From Terriglobia bacterium (GTDB lineage: Bacteria; Acidobacteriota; Terriglobia; JAIQFV01): DNA of 64,000 nt. Below are positions 28,869 through 38,697 of the stretch, one piece after another. The stretch covers positions 120,375-184,374 of the forward strand of contig JAIQFV010000007.1 in the NCBI GenBank assembly GCA_020073085.1, written 5' to 3'. Position numbers and translations under genes: made by a program. The stretch's first letter is position 1. Each line of letters starts with the position of its first letter. The notes under the pieces were generated by a model. It ran no database searches. It was not told the DNA's origin and saw only the letters and a list, made by a program, of their open reading frames with translations.

Positions 28869-30137
28869 TTAACCGAAGGGATGGTCGAGGGACGGGCTCG
28901 GGGGTGTAAACATCCGGGCGCCTTCCGCGGTCACGAACATACAGTCTTCGAGTCGGATGCCAAACTCGCCCGGCAGGTAAATGCCGGGTTCATCGCTGAA
29001 CGTCATCCCTGCCTCGATCTTTCTCCGATTCCCGTTGACGAGGTAGAACCACTCATGACCATCCAGCCCGATGCCGTGTCCCACGCGGTGAGTGAATTCC
29101 TTATACCCCGGACCGAATCCCGCATCCACGATCACTTTGCGGGCGGCGGCGTCCACGGCCTGACATTCGACACCGGGTTTGGCCGCCTCGAGGGCTACCT
29201 GTTGGGCCTTCTGGACAATCCCCCAAACTGTTCTCTGCTTGTCGGAGGGCTTACCAAATACCACTGTCCGGGTGATGTCCGAGGAATAGCCTTCGACACG
29301 ACACCCGCCGTCGGCCAGGACCGTATCCCCCGGCTTCAACCTCTGGGGCGCTGAAGATCCGTGGGGGAAAGCTGAGCTTTCACCAAACAGAACTAATGCT
29401 CCTCCTGGTGCGCCCAGGGCTCGATGAGCTGCCGCAATGGCGGAGGATAGTTCGCCGGGCGTCATGCCTTCATGTAGTGTCTTGAATGCCGTTTCAAATG
29501 ACTTCAATGTGATCCGATTTGCCAGGGTCATCAGCTCCAGTTCATGCCGGGACTTAACACTGCGGCATCGAGCCGTCACCTCGGAGGAACAGGGGACGAG
29601 TCGAAGGGCCGGAGCTGCTTTCGATATCCCGTCGCTCTGAAAAAAACGCACCTGTTCTTCGATGCCAAGCGTTCCGATCGAGGCATTCCGTTCCTTCAAA
29701 ATCTGCACGATCAACGCATAGGGAGATTCGTCTTCCTGCCAGGAGCGGATGTCCTTCCCAAATCGAATGAGCTCCTCAGCCCGCGCCCGTTCAAATGCCG
29801 GTGTCACCCATGCGATCTCCCCTTTGGCGGGGATGATCAATCCAAACGTGCGTTCGCTTTGGCCCCATTCCATACCGGCGAAGTAGCGCATGGAAGATCC
29901 ACCGGCGATGTACATGGCGTCGATCTTGGATTCACGCATGTACTCCCGGGCCCGCTCGTGTCGAGCCAGATACTCTTCCGTATCAATACCCTTGACGTCT
30001 GTCGTCATTGGCTTGAGATTCTTAATTTCATCTTGGGCAGTCTGCGGCAAGGGGGAGGCTTCGAATTGACCACTCATCGAGGCCCAGGCGAAGGCGCCGG
30101 CACTCAACTTGAAGAAATCACGACGGTCCAGGCACAT
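28869..30137 (-). CDS. M24 family Xaa-Pro peptidase with a Tat signal peptide
   Basis: Twin-arginine signal MCLDRRDFFKLSAGAF. Pita-bread metal ligand motifs HRVGHGIGLDGHE, SDEPGIY and GIRLEDC. Confidence 0.85.
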   Translation of the reverse strand: MCLDRRDFFKLSAGAFAWASMSGQFEASPLPQTAQDEIKNLKPMTTDVKGIDTEEYLARHERAREYMRESKIDAMYIAGGSSMRYFAGMEWGQSERTFGLIIPAKGEIAWVTPAFERARAEELIRFGKDIRSWQEDESPYALIVQILKERNASIGTLGIEEQVRFFQSDGISKAAPALRLVPCSSEVTARCRSVKSRHELELMTLANRITLKSFETAFKTLHEGMTPGELSSAIAAAHRALGAPGGALVLFGESSAFPHGSSAPQRLKPGDTVLADGGCRVEGYSSDITRTVVFGKPSDKQRTVWGIVQKAQQVALEAAKPGVECQAVDAAARKVIVDAGFGPGYKEFTHRVGHGIGLDGHEWFYLVNGNRRKIEAGMTFSDEPGIYLPGEFGIRLEDCMFVTAEGARMFTPPSPSLDHPFG

Positions 30138-30318
30138 GTTTGGATGTCTCCTTGGAAGCCCTTCCGAATCCGGAGGAAATGCAAATGCAGGCCGACAATC
30201 AGGCCTCATCGATTGGCTCTTAACGTCTTGGTACCCGGGACAACCGTTACTTCCCTGCCAGCTCCGCCTCCGCACGGTGTAAACACCCCGGAGGAAGGCA
30301 AAATGGGAACACCATGGA

Positions 30319-31500
30319 TTATTCGCTCATCGCCAGCTTCGCTATGGTCTGAAGTTGCATGTTGGAGGTTCCCTCGTAAATCTGTCCAATCTTGGCGTCG
30401 CGATAGAATTTTTCAACCGGGTAATCCTTCGTGTATCCGTACCCTCCATAGAGTTGAACAGCCATCGAGGTGACCCGCTCGGCCATCATCGAAGAAAAAT
30501 ACTTCGCCATCGCGGCTTCTTTCACGAAGGGGATGCCTGCGTCGCGCATCCGGGCCGTGTTATAGGTCAGGGTGCGGGAACACTCGATGTCGATCGCCAT
30601 TTCGGCCAACTGAAACTGGACAGCCTGGAATTGTGAGATCGCCTTTCCGAAGGCGTTGCGCTCCTTGGTGTACGCCAATGCGGCCTCATACGCTCCCTGG
30701 GCCAACCCGGTCATCTGCGCACCAATTCCAATCCGCCCTTCATTCAAGGTCTCGATGGCTATCTTGTAGCCGATGCCCACCTTGCCCAACACGTTTTCCT
30801 TGGGAACGATGCAGTCGTCGAGCAACAACTCGCACGTCGACGAGGCCCGAATACCCAGCTTGTCCTCTTTCTTCCCCACGGAAAATCCCGGGAAACCCTT
30901 TTCAATGATAAAAGCAGTGATCCCTTTGTAGCCGGCGGCGGGATTCGCATTGGCAAAGAGGATGAAGACATCGGCCTCCTTGGCATTGGTAATCCAAAGC
31001 TTCCGCCCATTGAGGATGAAATGGTCGGGACGTTCCTCGGCCCTCGTGGTGAGGGCAAACGCATCGCTGCCTGAAGTGGCTTCACTCAGGGCATACGCGC
31101 CAACACTCCCTTTGGCCAACTGCGGAAAGTATTTCTTCCTTTGGGCCTCGGTGGCCCAGCGCAAAAAAACGTTATTCACCAGGGTGTTCTGAACATCAAC
31201 AATGACTCCGATGGACGGATCCACTCGAGACAGCTCTTCCACCGCCAGGACCGCCATGAAGAAGGACCCACCGGCGCCGCCATATTCTTCGGGAATCTCA
31301 ATTCCCATGATTCCAAGCTCAAAGAACTCTTTCAGCAGGTCCCTTTGGAATGCCCCTTCCTCGTCCATCTTTCTGGCCAAAGGCTTCAGGCGGGCTTCCG
31401 CAAAGTCTCTCACCGTGGAGCGGAACAGCGCCTCCTCCTCTGAAAACGAGGTCACTGGCGGCCGAGCTGAAATATTTTCCTTCATGGCATTGGTTGACAT
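30319..31500 (-). CDS. Acyl-CoA dehydrogenase (short/branched-chain type)
   Basis: ACAD pattern throughout, including the C-terminal IYEGTSNMQLQTIAK. The start is set at ATG 31500. Confidence 0.9.
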   Translation of the reverse strand: MSTNAMKENISARPPVTSFSEEEALFRSTVRDFAEARLKPLARKMDEEGAFQRDLLKEFFELGIMGIEIPEEYGGAGGSFFMAVLAVEELSRVDPSIGVIVDVQNTLVNNVFLRWATEAQRKKYFPQLAKGSVGAYALSEATSGSDAFALTTRAEERPDHFILNGRKLWITNAKEADVFILFANANPAAGYKGITAFIIEKGFPGFSVGKKEDKLGIRASSTCELLLDDCIVPKENVLGKVGIGYKIAIETLNEGRIGIGAQMTGLAQGAYEAALAYTKERNAFGKAISQFQAVQFQLAEMAIDIECSRTLTYNTARMRDAGIPFVKEAAMAKYFSSMMAERVTSMAVQLYGGYGYTKDYPVEKFYRDAKIGQIYEGTSNMQLQTIAKLAMSE

Positions 31501-31717
31501 AGGCTCTATCCTTTGAATGAATATCCTGGCACAAGCCGACGGCCGGTCTTTAACCAGGCGCTTGCACAAAATTAAGAAAATCTAATGGAAAGCATATCGA
31601 ATGGCAAGGCATTTCCGCGAACGATCCGCGTGATTCATGGCGCCTGCAATCTGTCCAAGGAAGCGCCGGCGCGGGAGGTGTCATACATCGGGAACCTTTT
31701 TCCGTTCTGCCAAGAGG

Positions 31718-32563
31718 CTAATTCATGCGCGCCATTCCATTCTCCGCAGAATACAACCAGAACACCAACTGGTCCCGGTCGGGTCCATCCGGTTCCAGCG
31801 CAAGACACTTTCGGAGGCCCTCCGCTGCCTTACGGTACTGTTTGAGTTGGAGGTGCATTAAAGAGAGATCGCGAATCTCGGTAGCGCTCTCCGGGGAGAT
31901 GACAAGCATTAATTCGATGATCGCCAGCGACTTCTCGGCGGCCCCGGTGCGGGAAAAGATGTGTTTCAGGTTGTTGAGCAGCCGGAAGAGAATCTGCTTC
32001 TTGCTGACCGGGTGAAGAAAGGCGGGGTGAAACTCTCCGGGTCCGCTGGACATCTCCGCCCAACGAGTCCGGCAGTCATCCACGGTCATGAATGTTCCTC
32101 CATGGTAGGGATCGATGAAGATCTCAGTCAGGGGATCGCCAAGTTTCACCACGAAATGGCCCGGTAAACCCACGCCCACCATATCCAAACCGACGCGCTG
32201 TGCTAGCTCCATGTAAACCAGGGAAAGGGTAATAGGAATTCCCGTTTTCCGGTCCAATACGTCGTTCAGATAACTGTTCCTCGGGTCATAGTAATCGTCC
32301 TCGTTTCCCGTGAAACCATTCTCATGGAAGATAAAGTGATTGAGGGCCTCGATGACCTTCACCGGGTGGGGGCATTCACGCGGAAGACGGCGACTGGCTC
32401 GAACGCCCATCTCGTCCAGGCGATTTAGATAGTCCTTTATCCGCAGTGCGGGATACTCGCTCTGGGCGATCGTCAGGGCTGCCAGCGCAAGGTCGATCGG
32501 CCCTTCATCGAGGGAGACTATGGATCGAAACGAATCGACCACATTTTGTTGTTGAAGAGACAT
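31718..32563 (-). CDS. SirB1/YchA-like protein (transglutaminase-like N-domain plus TPR)
   Basis: 281 aa. The GIPITLSLVYMELAQRVGL and LPGHFVV patterns are followed by a TPR-like C-terminus. Confidence 0.6.
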   Translation of the reverse strand: MSLQQQNVVDSFRSIVSLDEGPIDLALAALTIAQSEYPALRIKDYLNRLDEMGVRASRRLPRECPHPVKVIEALNHFIFHENGFTGNEDDYYDPRNSYLNDVLDRKTGIPITLSLVYMELAQRVGLDMVGVGLPGHFVVKLGDPLTEIFIDPYHGGTFMTVDDCRTRWAEMSSGPGEFHPAFLHPVSKKQILFRLLNNLKHIFSRTGAAEKSLAIIELMLVISPESATEIRDLSLMHLQLKQYRKAAEGLRKCLALEPDGPDRDQLVFWLYSAENGMARMN

Positions 32564-32677
32564 TCGCTGTTATTGTAACAAGTTTTCGAATTTCTTGCAG
32601 TGACCTCAGGAAATGAGACCTAAAGTGGCGTCACGGGATGCTCGGACTACCCGGCACTTCCCGCAAAGGCATCCCAG

Positions 32678-32707
32678 ATGACAAGAAAGGGAAACGGGGG
32701 ATATAAT
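32678..32707 (+). promoter_or_regulatory. Candidate promoter (ATGACA-N18-TATAAT) for the PDO selenoprotein gene
   Basis: ATGACA lies at 32678..32683 and TATAAT at 32702..32707, about 85 nt upstream of the ATG at 32793. Confidence 0.4.
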
Positions 32708-32792
32708 TGCGGACGAATCACATCTGAGAAACATCCGGGTGGACGACATCCACTGAACGCTCCAGAAACGAACTCAGGAGGGCTTCACCGAT

Positions 32793-33455
32793 ATGTCGAT
32801 GTTAGGTGAGAAGGAACGGGGAATCGTAAGCGAGCAATTTCAAAAGCTCGAGAGCCCTGTGAAGTTGATTCATTTTACCCAGGGCTTGATGTGTGATACA
32901 TGCCCCGAGACCCAGCGGCTCCTTGAAGAAGTAGCATCGCTGTCCGACAAAATCACCCTTGAAGTGCATAACTATGCGATTGAAGGAGATTTGGCGGCGC
33001 AGTATCGGGTGGCCCGTGTCCCTGCGACCGTAGTTCAGACGGAGAAGGATTTTGGAATCCGGCTCTACGGGATGCCTTCGGGTTACGAATTCGTCTCGCT
33101 ACTGAATGCTATCCTGGCCGTATCTCGCTCCACAACCGATTTGACAGAGGAATCCAGGATCCAGCTCCAGTCCATTACCGCTCCCACGCACATTCAGGTG
33201 TTTGTTACGCCCACTTGACCGTACTGCCCCGCGGCCGTGAAGCTCGCGCATGAAATGGCTATCGAGAACGATTTCATCACCTCAGACATGGTGGAAGTGA
33301 ACGAATATCCGGATCTGGTCCGCAGGTATCAGGTTCGAGGAGTTCCAAAAACCGTGGTGAACGATACCGTTGAGTTTGTTGGCGCTCTTCCGGAAGCGGA
33401 GTTTGTCGCGCAGGTCTTGAAGGGCATATCCCCCACCAGCTTGGAAATCAGGTAG
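32793..33455 (+). CDS. Two-domain glutaredoxin-like protein disulfide oxidoreductase, predicted selenoprotein (Sec at TGA 33216..33218)
   Basis: ORFs 32793..33218 and 33237..33455 are in the same frame. Readthrough gives VFVTPT-U-PYCPRAVKLAHEMAIEN, so TGA sits where PDO-type proteins carry the first Cys of CPYC. The first domain keeps CDTC. A hairpin follows the TGA. Confidence 0.8.
33230..33248 (+). promoter_or_regulatory. Candidate SECIS hairpin
   Basis: CGCGG (33230..33234) pairs with UCGCG (33244..33248), including one G-U pair. The loop is CCGUGAAGC. The stem starts 11 nt after the UGA. Confidence 0.5.
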
Positions 33456-33647
33456 AGGAAAGAGAGGGGAGCCCAGAGAATCAGGATCATCCCCCCCTGC
33501 TGCTGCCTTCATTTCCCAGTTCATGGAATGAGGCAGTCGACGATTCCCTCTCTGTCTTCCTGCTTCCTGTGCTGAATGTCCTTCCAGTCCCGCGCCCGGG
33601 AGGGCACAGGATAGCCCCCGGAAAAAAGGACATTTTCCAACCCCGTC

Positions 33648-35558
33648 TTATTCACTGGCCGGCGGTTGATCCTCTGAAAGGTGAGATTCATAGCCGGTCA
33701 TCAGCGGGAGGCCGGGAAGCGTCTCCAAAGGCACAACATCCGGCTTGACCTCGTAGTAGCCATCAGGGAGATCGCCATTGTCGGGACGAAAATACCGCCA
33801 AAGGCTGGGACGCACGGATGCGATCAGCTCTTTTCTCGTTTTGGTTTTGAGCGGCCTTCCGATGTAGATTTTGCCCATCCGCTCCAGGATCTTTTCCGGG
33901 ATGGCGCCGGCAAACATGAACAAAGGATATTTGAAATTCGGCCCGTTCAACCTCCTCAATTTGACTAGCCACATGATCAGCGCACCGAGGCGCCATGCCG
34001 TAGGGGCCCACCAACTGTAATTGCCCGGCCGTACGTTCATCTTCCAGCACTTCATCATGAGCTGCCATTGCAGGGGTGAAAGCTGACGTGTTTCAGTCAC
34101 GCCTTGCTTATCTGCCATCCGGGTGTCATGCAACGGGGTAAAGATCGAGGGGATGAGAAAGGCAAAGACGTGGCGTCGCTCCATCTCGTAAACCAGGTCG
34201 AGCGTTGCTTTGACATCATCGTCCGTTTCCCCCGGGTTACCCACGATTAAGGTCATGGCCGGAAACCAGTTGTTCTCGTTCAAGATCCGAAGTCCTTCCA
34301 GGATAATGCTCGGCCAGTCCTCAATGGCAAAAGGGACGGCCTTGCTCGGCATGATCTGTTTTGCCATGCGAACTGACCCTGTCTCCAGCCCAATCAAGGG
34401 GATCAATGCCTTCTTCTGAGGATGGCTGCTGAGGTACGGGAAATGGATGGGGCTCTTGGGGAGCAGGAGATTCGACAGTTCATTGATCAGGATCGGATCG
34501 ACAACCGCCGGGGCAATGGTGCTATGACTCAGCAGATGATACTCGACCCCAGGCGTGTTGACGACATCGCGATAGAGGCTGACCAGGGCTTCCCGATTCG
34601 GGAAGTAAAACGGGGTATCCGTGTGAACCTGCCCCCAGATGAACATATCCTCGGTGGCGAGCGAAATCTGCTTGTTCCCGTTGCGGACATTTGCCCGGAC
34701 TGCTTTCAGGAGATTCGCCTTGGGAACATCTATCTGCGGATTGAGATCGGGGACACAGAACTGGCATCTTCGGCCGCAGCCGGTGGTCATCTCGACCACA
34801 CCAAAAGTCGTCCGTTTGTCCGGAGCGAGAATTTCATCGCGTCCTCTCGGATGTGCGACCTCGATTTGTCGGGGGAGGGGATCTCCGCGCAAAGCCTTTC
34901 GGAACAACTCCATTGTGTCCATCGATTCGCTGCGCCCTTCGATAACGCAGTCCACCCCCAGGTCCTCGTAGGAATCGGTCTTTACGATTTGCCAACCGCC
35001 CGATCCGCCCACAATGACCTTGAAGTGGCCTCGATAGGGGTTTCCCTTGATCTTCGCAAAAAGGGCTCGCGCATAGTGGGAGTTGATGGGCATCTTTGAG
35101 GATCCGAACATGGAGGTATAAACCCCGGCTGCAAAGGTCACTCCCAGGGGATTGTGCGTGGAGACCGCGACGACACGGGTGTTCGGGCCGATGAATTTTT
35201 CCAGATCGTCAGGGTAGCATGCGACCACATCCTCCGGGCGGTAGCTGCGGAGCAATGCGGCCTCCACCAGCCTTACGCCTGCAGGCATAGTTCGGGCGGA
35301 TCCATCTTCGTTGTGCTCCACCTCGCGCCAATGGGGATATTTGTCGTTGAGGAACCGCTCCATCCAGATGGGTAAGGATGCCATCATCATCTGAATAAAG
35401 TAGCCGGCATGGTCAATGGTCTCAGACAGGGGTGCTGTCAGGACAATCAGCTTCCCTCCATCAACCGGGGCCGATGATTGAAGGGCCTGCGGCGATTTGT
35501 CCCCGACCGTTTCGCGTGGCACGCCACTTCCGTTGCTCTTCCCAGTCTTTCGATCCAT
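33648..35558 (-). CDS. B12-binding-domain radical SAM protein
   Basis: An N-terminal flavodoxin-like/B12-binding-type region is followed by CGRRCQFC (CX3CX2C). There is a long C-terminal extension. A strong RBS (GAAGGAG) lies 7 nt upstream of the ATG. Confidence 0.85.
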   Translation of the reverse strand: MDRKTGKSNGSGVPRETVGDKSPQALQSSAPVDGGKLIVLTAPLSETIDHAGYFIQMMMASLPIWMERFLNDKYPHWREVEHNEDGSARTMPAGVRLVEAALLRSYRPEDVVACYPDDLEKFIGPNTRVVAVSTHNPLGVTFAAGVYTSMFGSSKMPINSHYARALFAKIKGNPYRGHFKVIVGGSGGWQIVKTDSYEDLGVDCVIEGRSESMDTMELFRKALRGDPLPRQIEVAHPRGRDEILAPDKRTTFGVVEMTTGCGRRCQFCVPDLNPQIDVPKANLLKAVRANVRNGNKQISLATEDMFIWGQVHTDTPFYFPNREALVSLYRDVVNTPGVEYHLLSHSTIAPAVVDPILINELSNLLLPKSPIHFPYLSSHPQKKALIPLIGLETGSVRMAKQIMPSKAVPFAIEDWPSIILEGLRILNENNWFPAMTLIVGNPGETDDDVKATLDLVYEMERRHVFAFLIPSIFTPLHDTRMADKQGVTETRQLSPLQWQLMMKCWKMNVRPGNYSWWAPTAWRLGALIMWLVKLRRLNGPNFKYPLFMFAGAIPEKILERMGKIYIGRPLKTKTRKELIASVRPSLWRYFRPDNGDLPDGYYEVKPDVVPLETLPGLPLMTGYESHLSEDQPPASE

Positions 35559-36001
35559 TTCATCTCCTTCAAAGGCATGGATTTACAAGAGAACCCGGTT
35601 CACCGGTCGTAGGATAATAAGTAACCAGGAAACGGTAGAACTGGACTTCCCTCGAAGTTGCCAGAGGGAACGGCGTAATTCCCATTAAGAATTGGGGAAT
35701 CTTACCTTCTTTTCCACACGAAAGCACGGAAAATCATCACAAGGAGGGGCCAGTGCAAAGTATGTATTCCTGGGGACGAATTCCACACGGTCATGCGTCG
35801 CGTTTGATTTGAAGGATTCCTTCACGGCAACGTGGCCTTGACTCCCACTTGGATCTTTTGCTACCTTGGGCAACGGACAAGGGCATCCGGAGGCCCCCCC
35901 CAATACATTATTCTCGAGCGCGACACGCAGGATCTAAACGTGAAGAAATGCAAGCTCCCTTCAGCTTTGCTGGGTATTTACTATGATTTCAGGGTGGCCC
36001 A

Positions 36002-36688
36002 ATGAACCCATCTCATCGAAGGGTCTTCAGCCCTTATGCAGTCCCCTCTCCACAAACTCCTGGTCCACAGAGGTTTACTCAAAAGGAATGGGACATAATC
36101 CAAAGGTGTCGCACCCCTCGTCAGGTTCAGGGGTTCCTGAGGAATCTCCCTTACAATTGGGAGAAGAAAACCCTGCGCACCTTTCGACAGGTGGCTCGCC
36201 ATGGATCGGCCCATTGTCTGGAAGCCGCCTTGGCAGCGGCCACGATCATGGAACAGCACGGTTATCCTCCCTTGCTGCTCGATCTGGAGTCCAAGGACAA
36301 TCTGGATCACGTCTTGTTTTTGTACCACCAAAAGGGACGATGGGGGACGGTTGCCAAGTCTCGGGATGCCGGACTGCACGGACGCCGGCCGGTGTTCCGC
36401 TCGATCCGGGATTTGGTCATGAGTTACGTCGAACCTTATGTCGATTTCACGGGGCGTATCACGGGGTTCGGAGTGACGGATTTGAATGAATTGGTCCCCC
36501 GTTGCAATTGGCGCCTTTCAAGAAAGAACGTTTGGGTGGTGGAACGCGCGCTCATCGACATGCCCCATCAAAAGATCAAAACCTCCACGGCACGTTTCAG
36601 GCGCGCGTTGAAGCGCTATCTCAATTTCAAGAAGCGATTTCCTCACCGCCAAGCAACCTATTATAGGAACCGGCATCACTGGTTGTGA
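36002..36688 (+). CDS. Hypothetical protein with a possible papain-like Cys/His pattern
   Basis: 228-aa ORF. GSAHCLEAALAAATIM and LDHVLFLY are reminiscent of C39/transglutaminase-like thiol enzymes. I did not recognise a firm family. Confidence 0.45.
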   Translation: MNPSHRRVFSPYAVPSPQTPGPQRFTQKEWDIIQRCRTPRQVQGFLRNLPYNWEKKTLRTFRQVARHGSAHCLEAALAAATIMEQHGYPPLLLDLESKDNLDHVLFLYHQKGRWGTVAKSRDAGLHGRRPVFRSIRDLVMSYVEPYVDFTGRITGFGVTDLNELVPRCNWRLSRKNVWVVERALIDMPHQKIKTSTARFRRALKRYLNFKKRFPHRQATYYRNRHHWL

Positions 36689-36845
36689 GACGGGTGAACT
36701 GTCGTCCCGGAACAATTCGAGCCCCTCGCCAGAGCCCGGATCAGGAAAACCTCATGAGGAGCACGCTGTGATGGAGGATACCTTGACAGGTGGCCCAGTT
36801 CATGTAAAATATCACCCTATTTTTGAGGGGGGGCGTGCATACTGA

Positions 36846-37202
36846 ATGGAAAAGAAGCGTCTCGAGTATTACAAGAAGAAACTTGAAACCAAGTATTCAG
36901 AGCTGACCCAAACCGTCTCGAAAGTGGAGCATTACGGACGAGAAGTGGATGAAGAACCGAGCCAGGATATTGCTGACAAGGCATCCAATTCGTACGAGAA
37001 GGAATTTCTATTTAGTTTGACAAACAATGATCGTTACGTCCTCCAGCTTGTCCAGGAGGCGCTCGGGCGGATCCGCGAAGGATCCTACGGCCACTGCATT
37101 GTTTGTGAAGAGGAAGTGCAACAGAAACGCCTTGAGGCGGTCCCGTGGGCGCGTCACTGCATTGAATGTCAGGAAAAGCAGGAACAGGGACTCTTGAATT
37201 AA
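36846..37202 (+). CDS. dksA: DksA/TraR family C4-type zinc finger protein
   Basis: A coiled-coil N-terminus and the zinc finger CIVCEEEV...ARHCIECQ. Confidence 0.8.
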   Translation: MEKKRLEYYKKKLETKYSELTQTVSKVEHYGREVDEEPSQDIADKASNSYEKEFLFSLTNNDRYVLQLVQEALGRIREGSYGHCIVCEEEVQQKRLEAVPWARHCIECQEKQEQGLLN

Positions 37203-38092
37203 CCTCACTCAGCCTCAAGGTTGCACGTGGAGGTTGCCGGTTCACGGCAAAGGTAATTTGGAGGGTCGTCTTCGAATCCAGTCGTGTTTGGACTCAAGAT
37301 TCATTGCAAACCCCGCTTTGGAGGGCCACACTCTCCCCCATCCTCGATTCCCTCTTTTCGGTTCTACTCCCCGCACACTGCGACCTTTGTCACGAATTGA
37401 TCACCCGGGCCTTTGACTCTACGGTCTGCGCTCAGTGCTGGTCGACCCTGCGACCGCTGAATGATAATGTCTGCTCCCTTTGTGGCGATCCCATCATCAC
37501 ATCGAATGTGCCTCCCGGGTGGCGCTGTGGCCGATGCCGCCGCGGCCTCTACGAGTTTGATTTTTGTCGCTCCTACGCGCTGTACGAGAACAGGGTGCGG
37601 GAAGTGTTGCATCGGTTTAAGTACGGCAGGCGGGCGAGATTGGGGGCGCGACTGGCGCAGTTGCTTTCACAAATCTGGGCTCACTATCCCCTCCTTCAAG
37701 AGGCTGAAGTGATCGTCCCAATGCCCCTTCACCGGCGACGGGAGAAAGAGCGGGGTTTCAATCAATCCGGAATTCTGGCAAAATGTCTGTCTGGAATGGT
37801 CGGAAGGCCGCTGGCAGCCAAGGCGGTAGGCCGGGTTCGAAATACCCCCTCGCAGACGGGCTTAAGCCATCGACAGCGCCGCCTGAATGTGGCGCAATGC
37901 TTTGAGGTCAGACAACCCGCAGCCATCCAGGGAAAGGCATGCCTGGTCGTGGACGACGTCTTTACGACCGGGGCCACATTGAACTCACTGGCCCGGGTCT
38001 TGAAGGAAGAGGGGGCCGCCAAGGTTTTCGCCCTGACGCTGGCCCGAGTTTCACCGCTCGCGGCGATCGGGACGGCAGAGAGGGCGGCATGA
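37166..38092 (+). CDS. ComF family protein (phosphoribosyltransferase domain); start uncertain
   Basis: N-terminal Cys pairs (CDLC, CAQC, CSLC, CGRC) and the PRPP-binding motif [13 protein letters not shown]. The longest ORF overlaps dksA by 37 nt. Confidence 0.8.
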   Translation: MSGKAGTGTLELTSLSLKVARGGCRFTAKVIWRVVFESSRVWTQDSLQTPLWRATLSPILDSLFSVLLPAHCDLCHELITRAFDSTVCAQCWSTLRPLNDNVCSLCGDPIITSNVPPGWRCGRCRRGLYEFDFCRSYALYENRVREVLHRFKYGRRARLGARLAQLLSQIWAHYPLLQEAEVIVPMPLHRRREKERGFNQSGILAKCLSGMVGRPLAAKAVGRVRNTPSQTGLSHRQRRLNVAQCFEVRQPAAIQGKACLVVDDVFTTGATLNSLARVLKEEGAAKVFALTLARVSPLAAIGTAERAA

Positions 38093-38180
38093 CCAGCGAT
38101 TTATGATGAACGCAAAACCCCATGACCGGGTCCATGGAGAAATTCACGCACCCCGGACCGAACCAACCCGTTCGACCTTT

Positions 38181-38690
38181 ATGCACACCCCTGTTCTGGT
38201 CCTGAATGCCACCTATGAACCCATCAATATCTGCGCCGCCCGGCGAGCGCTGGTGCTCGTCTTAAAAGGCGTGGCTCGAGCCGAGGAGGAACACCCTCGA
38301 TTCATCAAATCTCCAACCTTCAGTATCCGGGTTCCTTCTGTCATCCGGTTGTTGGAGTTTCGTCACATCCCCCGTCAGTCGCGCGCCTTGTCAAGAAAGA
38401 ACATCCTGCTGCGCGACCGGAACACCTGCCAATACTGTGGAGGCGTGTTTCCACCCAACGAACTGACTCTCGACCATGTGATCCCCCGATCGCGAGGCGG
38501 TGCGTCCACCTGGGAGAACCTGGTCGCCTGCTGCAAGGGATGCAATCATAAGAAAGGCAACTCAACCCCCGCGGAATCAAGCCTCCATCTGTTTCGTGAA
38601 CCCCGCTCCTTTAATCTCCACACGAGCCGCCAGCTGATGCGAATGATCGGTCCTTCGGATGAGCATTGGAGAAAATACCTGTTCTATTGA
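38181..38690 (+). CDS. HNH endonuclease
   Basis: CQYCGG...[31 protein letters not shown]. The start is set at ATG 38181. Confidence 0.85.
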   Translation: MHTPVLVLNATYEPINICAARRALVLVLKGVARAEEEHPRFIKSPTFSIRVPSVIRLLEFRHIPRQSRALSRKNILLRDRNTCQYCGGVFPPNELTLDHVIPRSRGGASTWENLVACCKGCNHKKGNSTPAESSLHLFREPRSFNLHTSRQLMRMIGPSDEHWRKYLFY

Positions 38691-38697
38691 CCGGCGA

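Noticed and set aside
32793-33455. Reading the three split ORF pairs (32793/33237, 56589/56775, 62918/63248) as pseudogenes with nonsense mutations.
   Set aside because: In all three the stop is TGA and falls exactly on the catalytic Cys of a thioredoxin-fold enzyme. The downstream frame stays open and family-like. A hairpin follows at SECIS distance. Three coincidental nonsense hits of this kind are implausible.
35685-35903. A 72-aa Cys-containing ORF (GCPCPLPK...PPCDDFPCF) upstream of the B12-radical SAM gene, considered as a RiPP precursor.
   Set aside because: It has only a TTG start, no internal ATG and no Shine-Dalgarno sequence, and its composition looks non-coding. The shorter ATG ORF at 35569..35685 is the better, though still weak, candidate and is reported separately.
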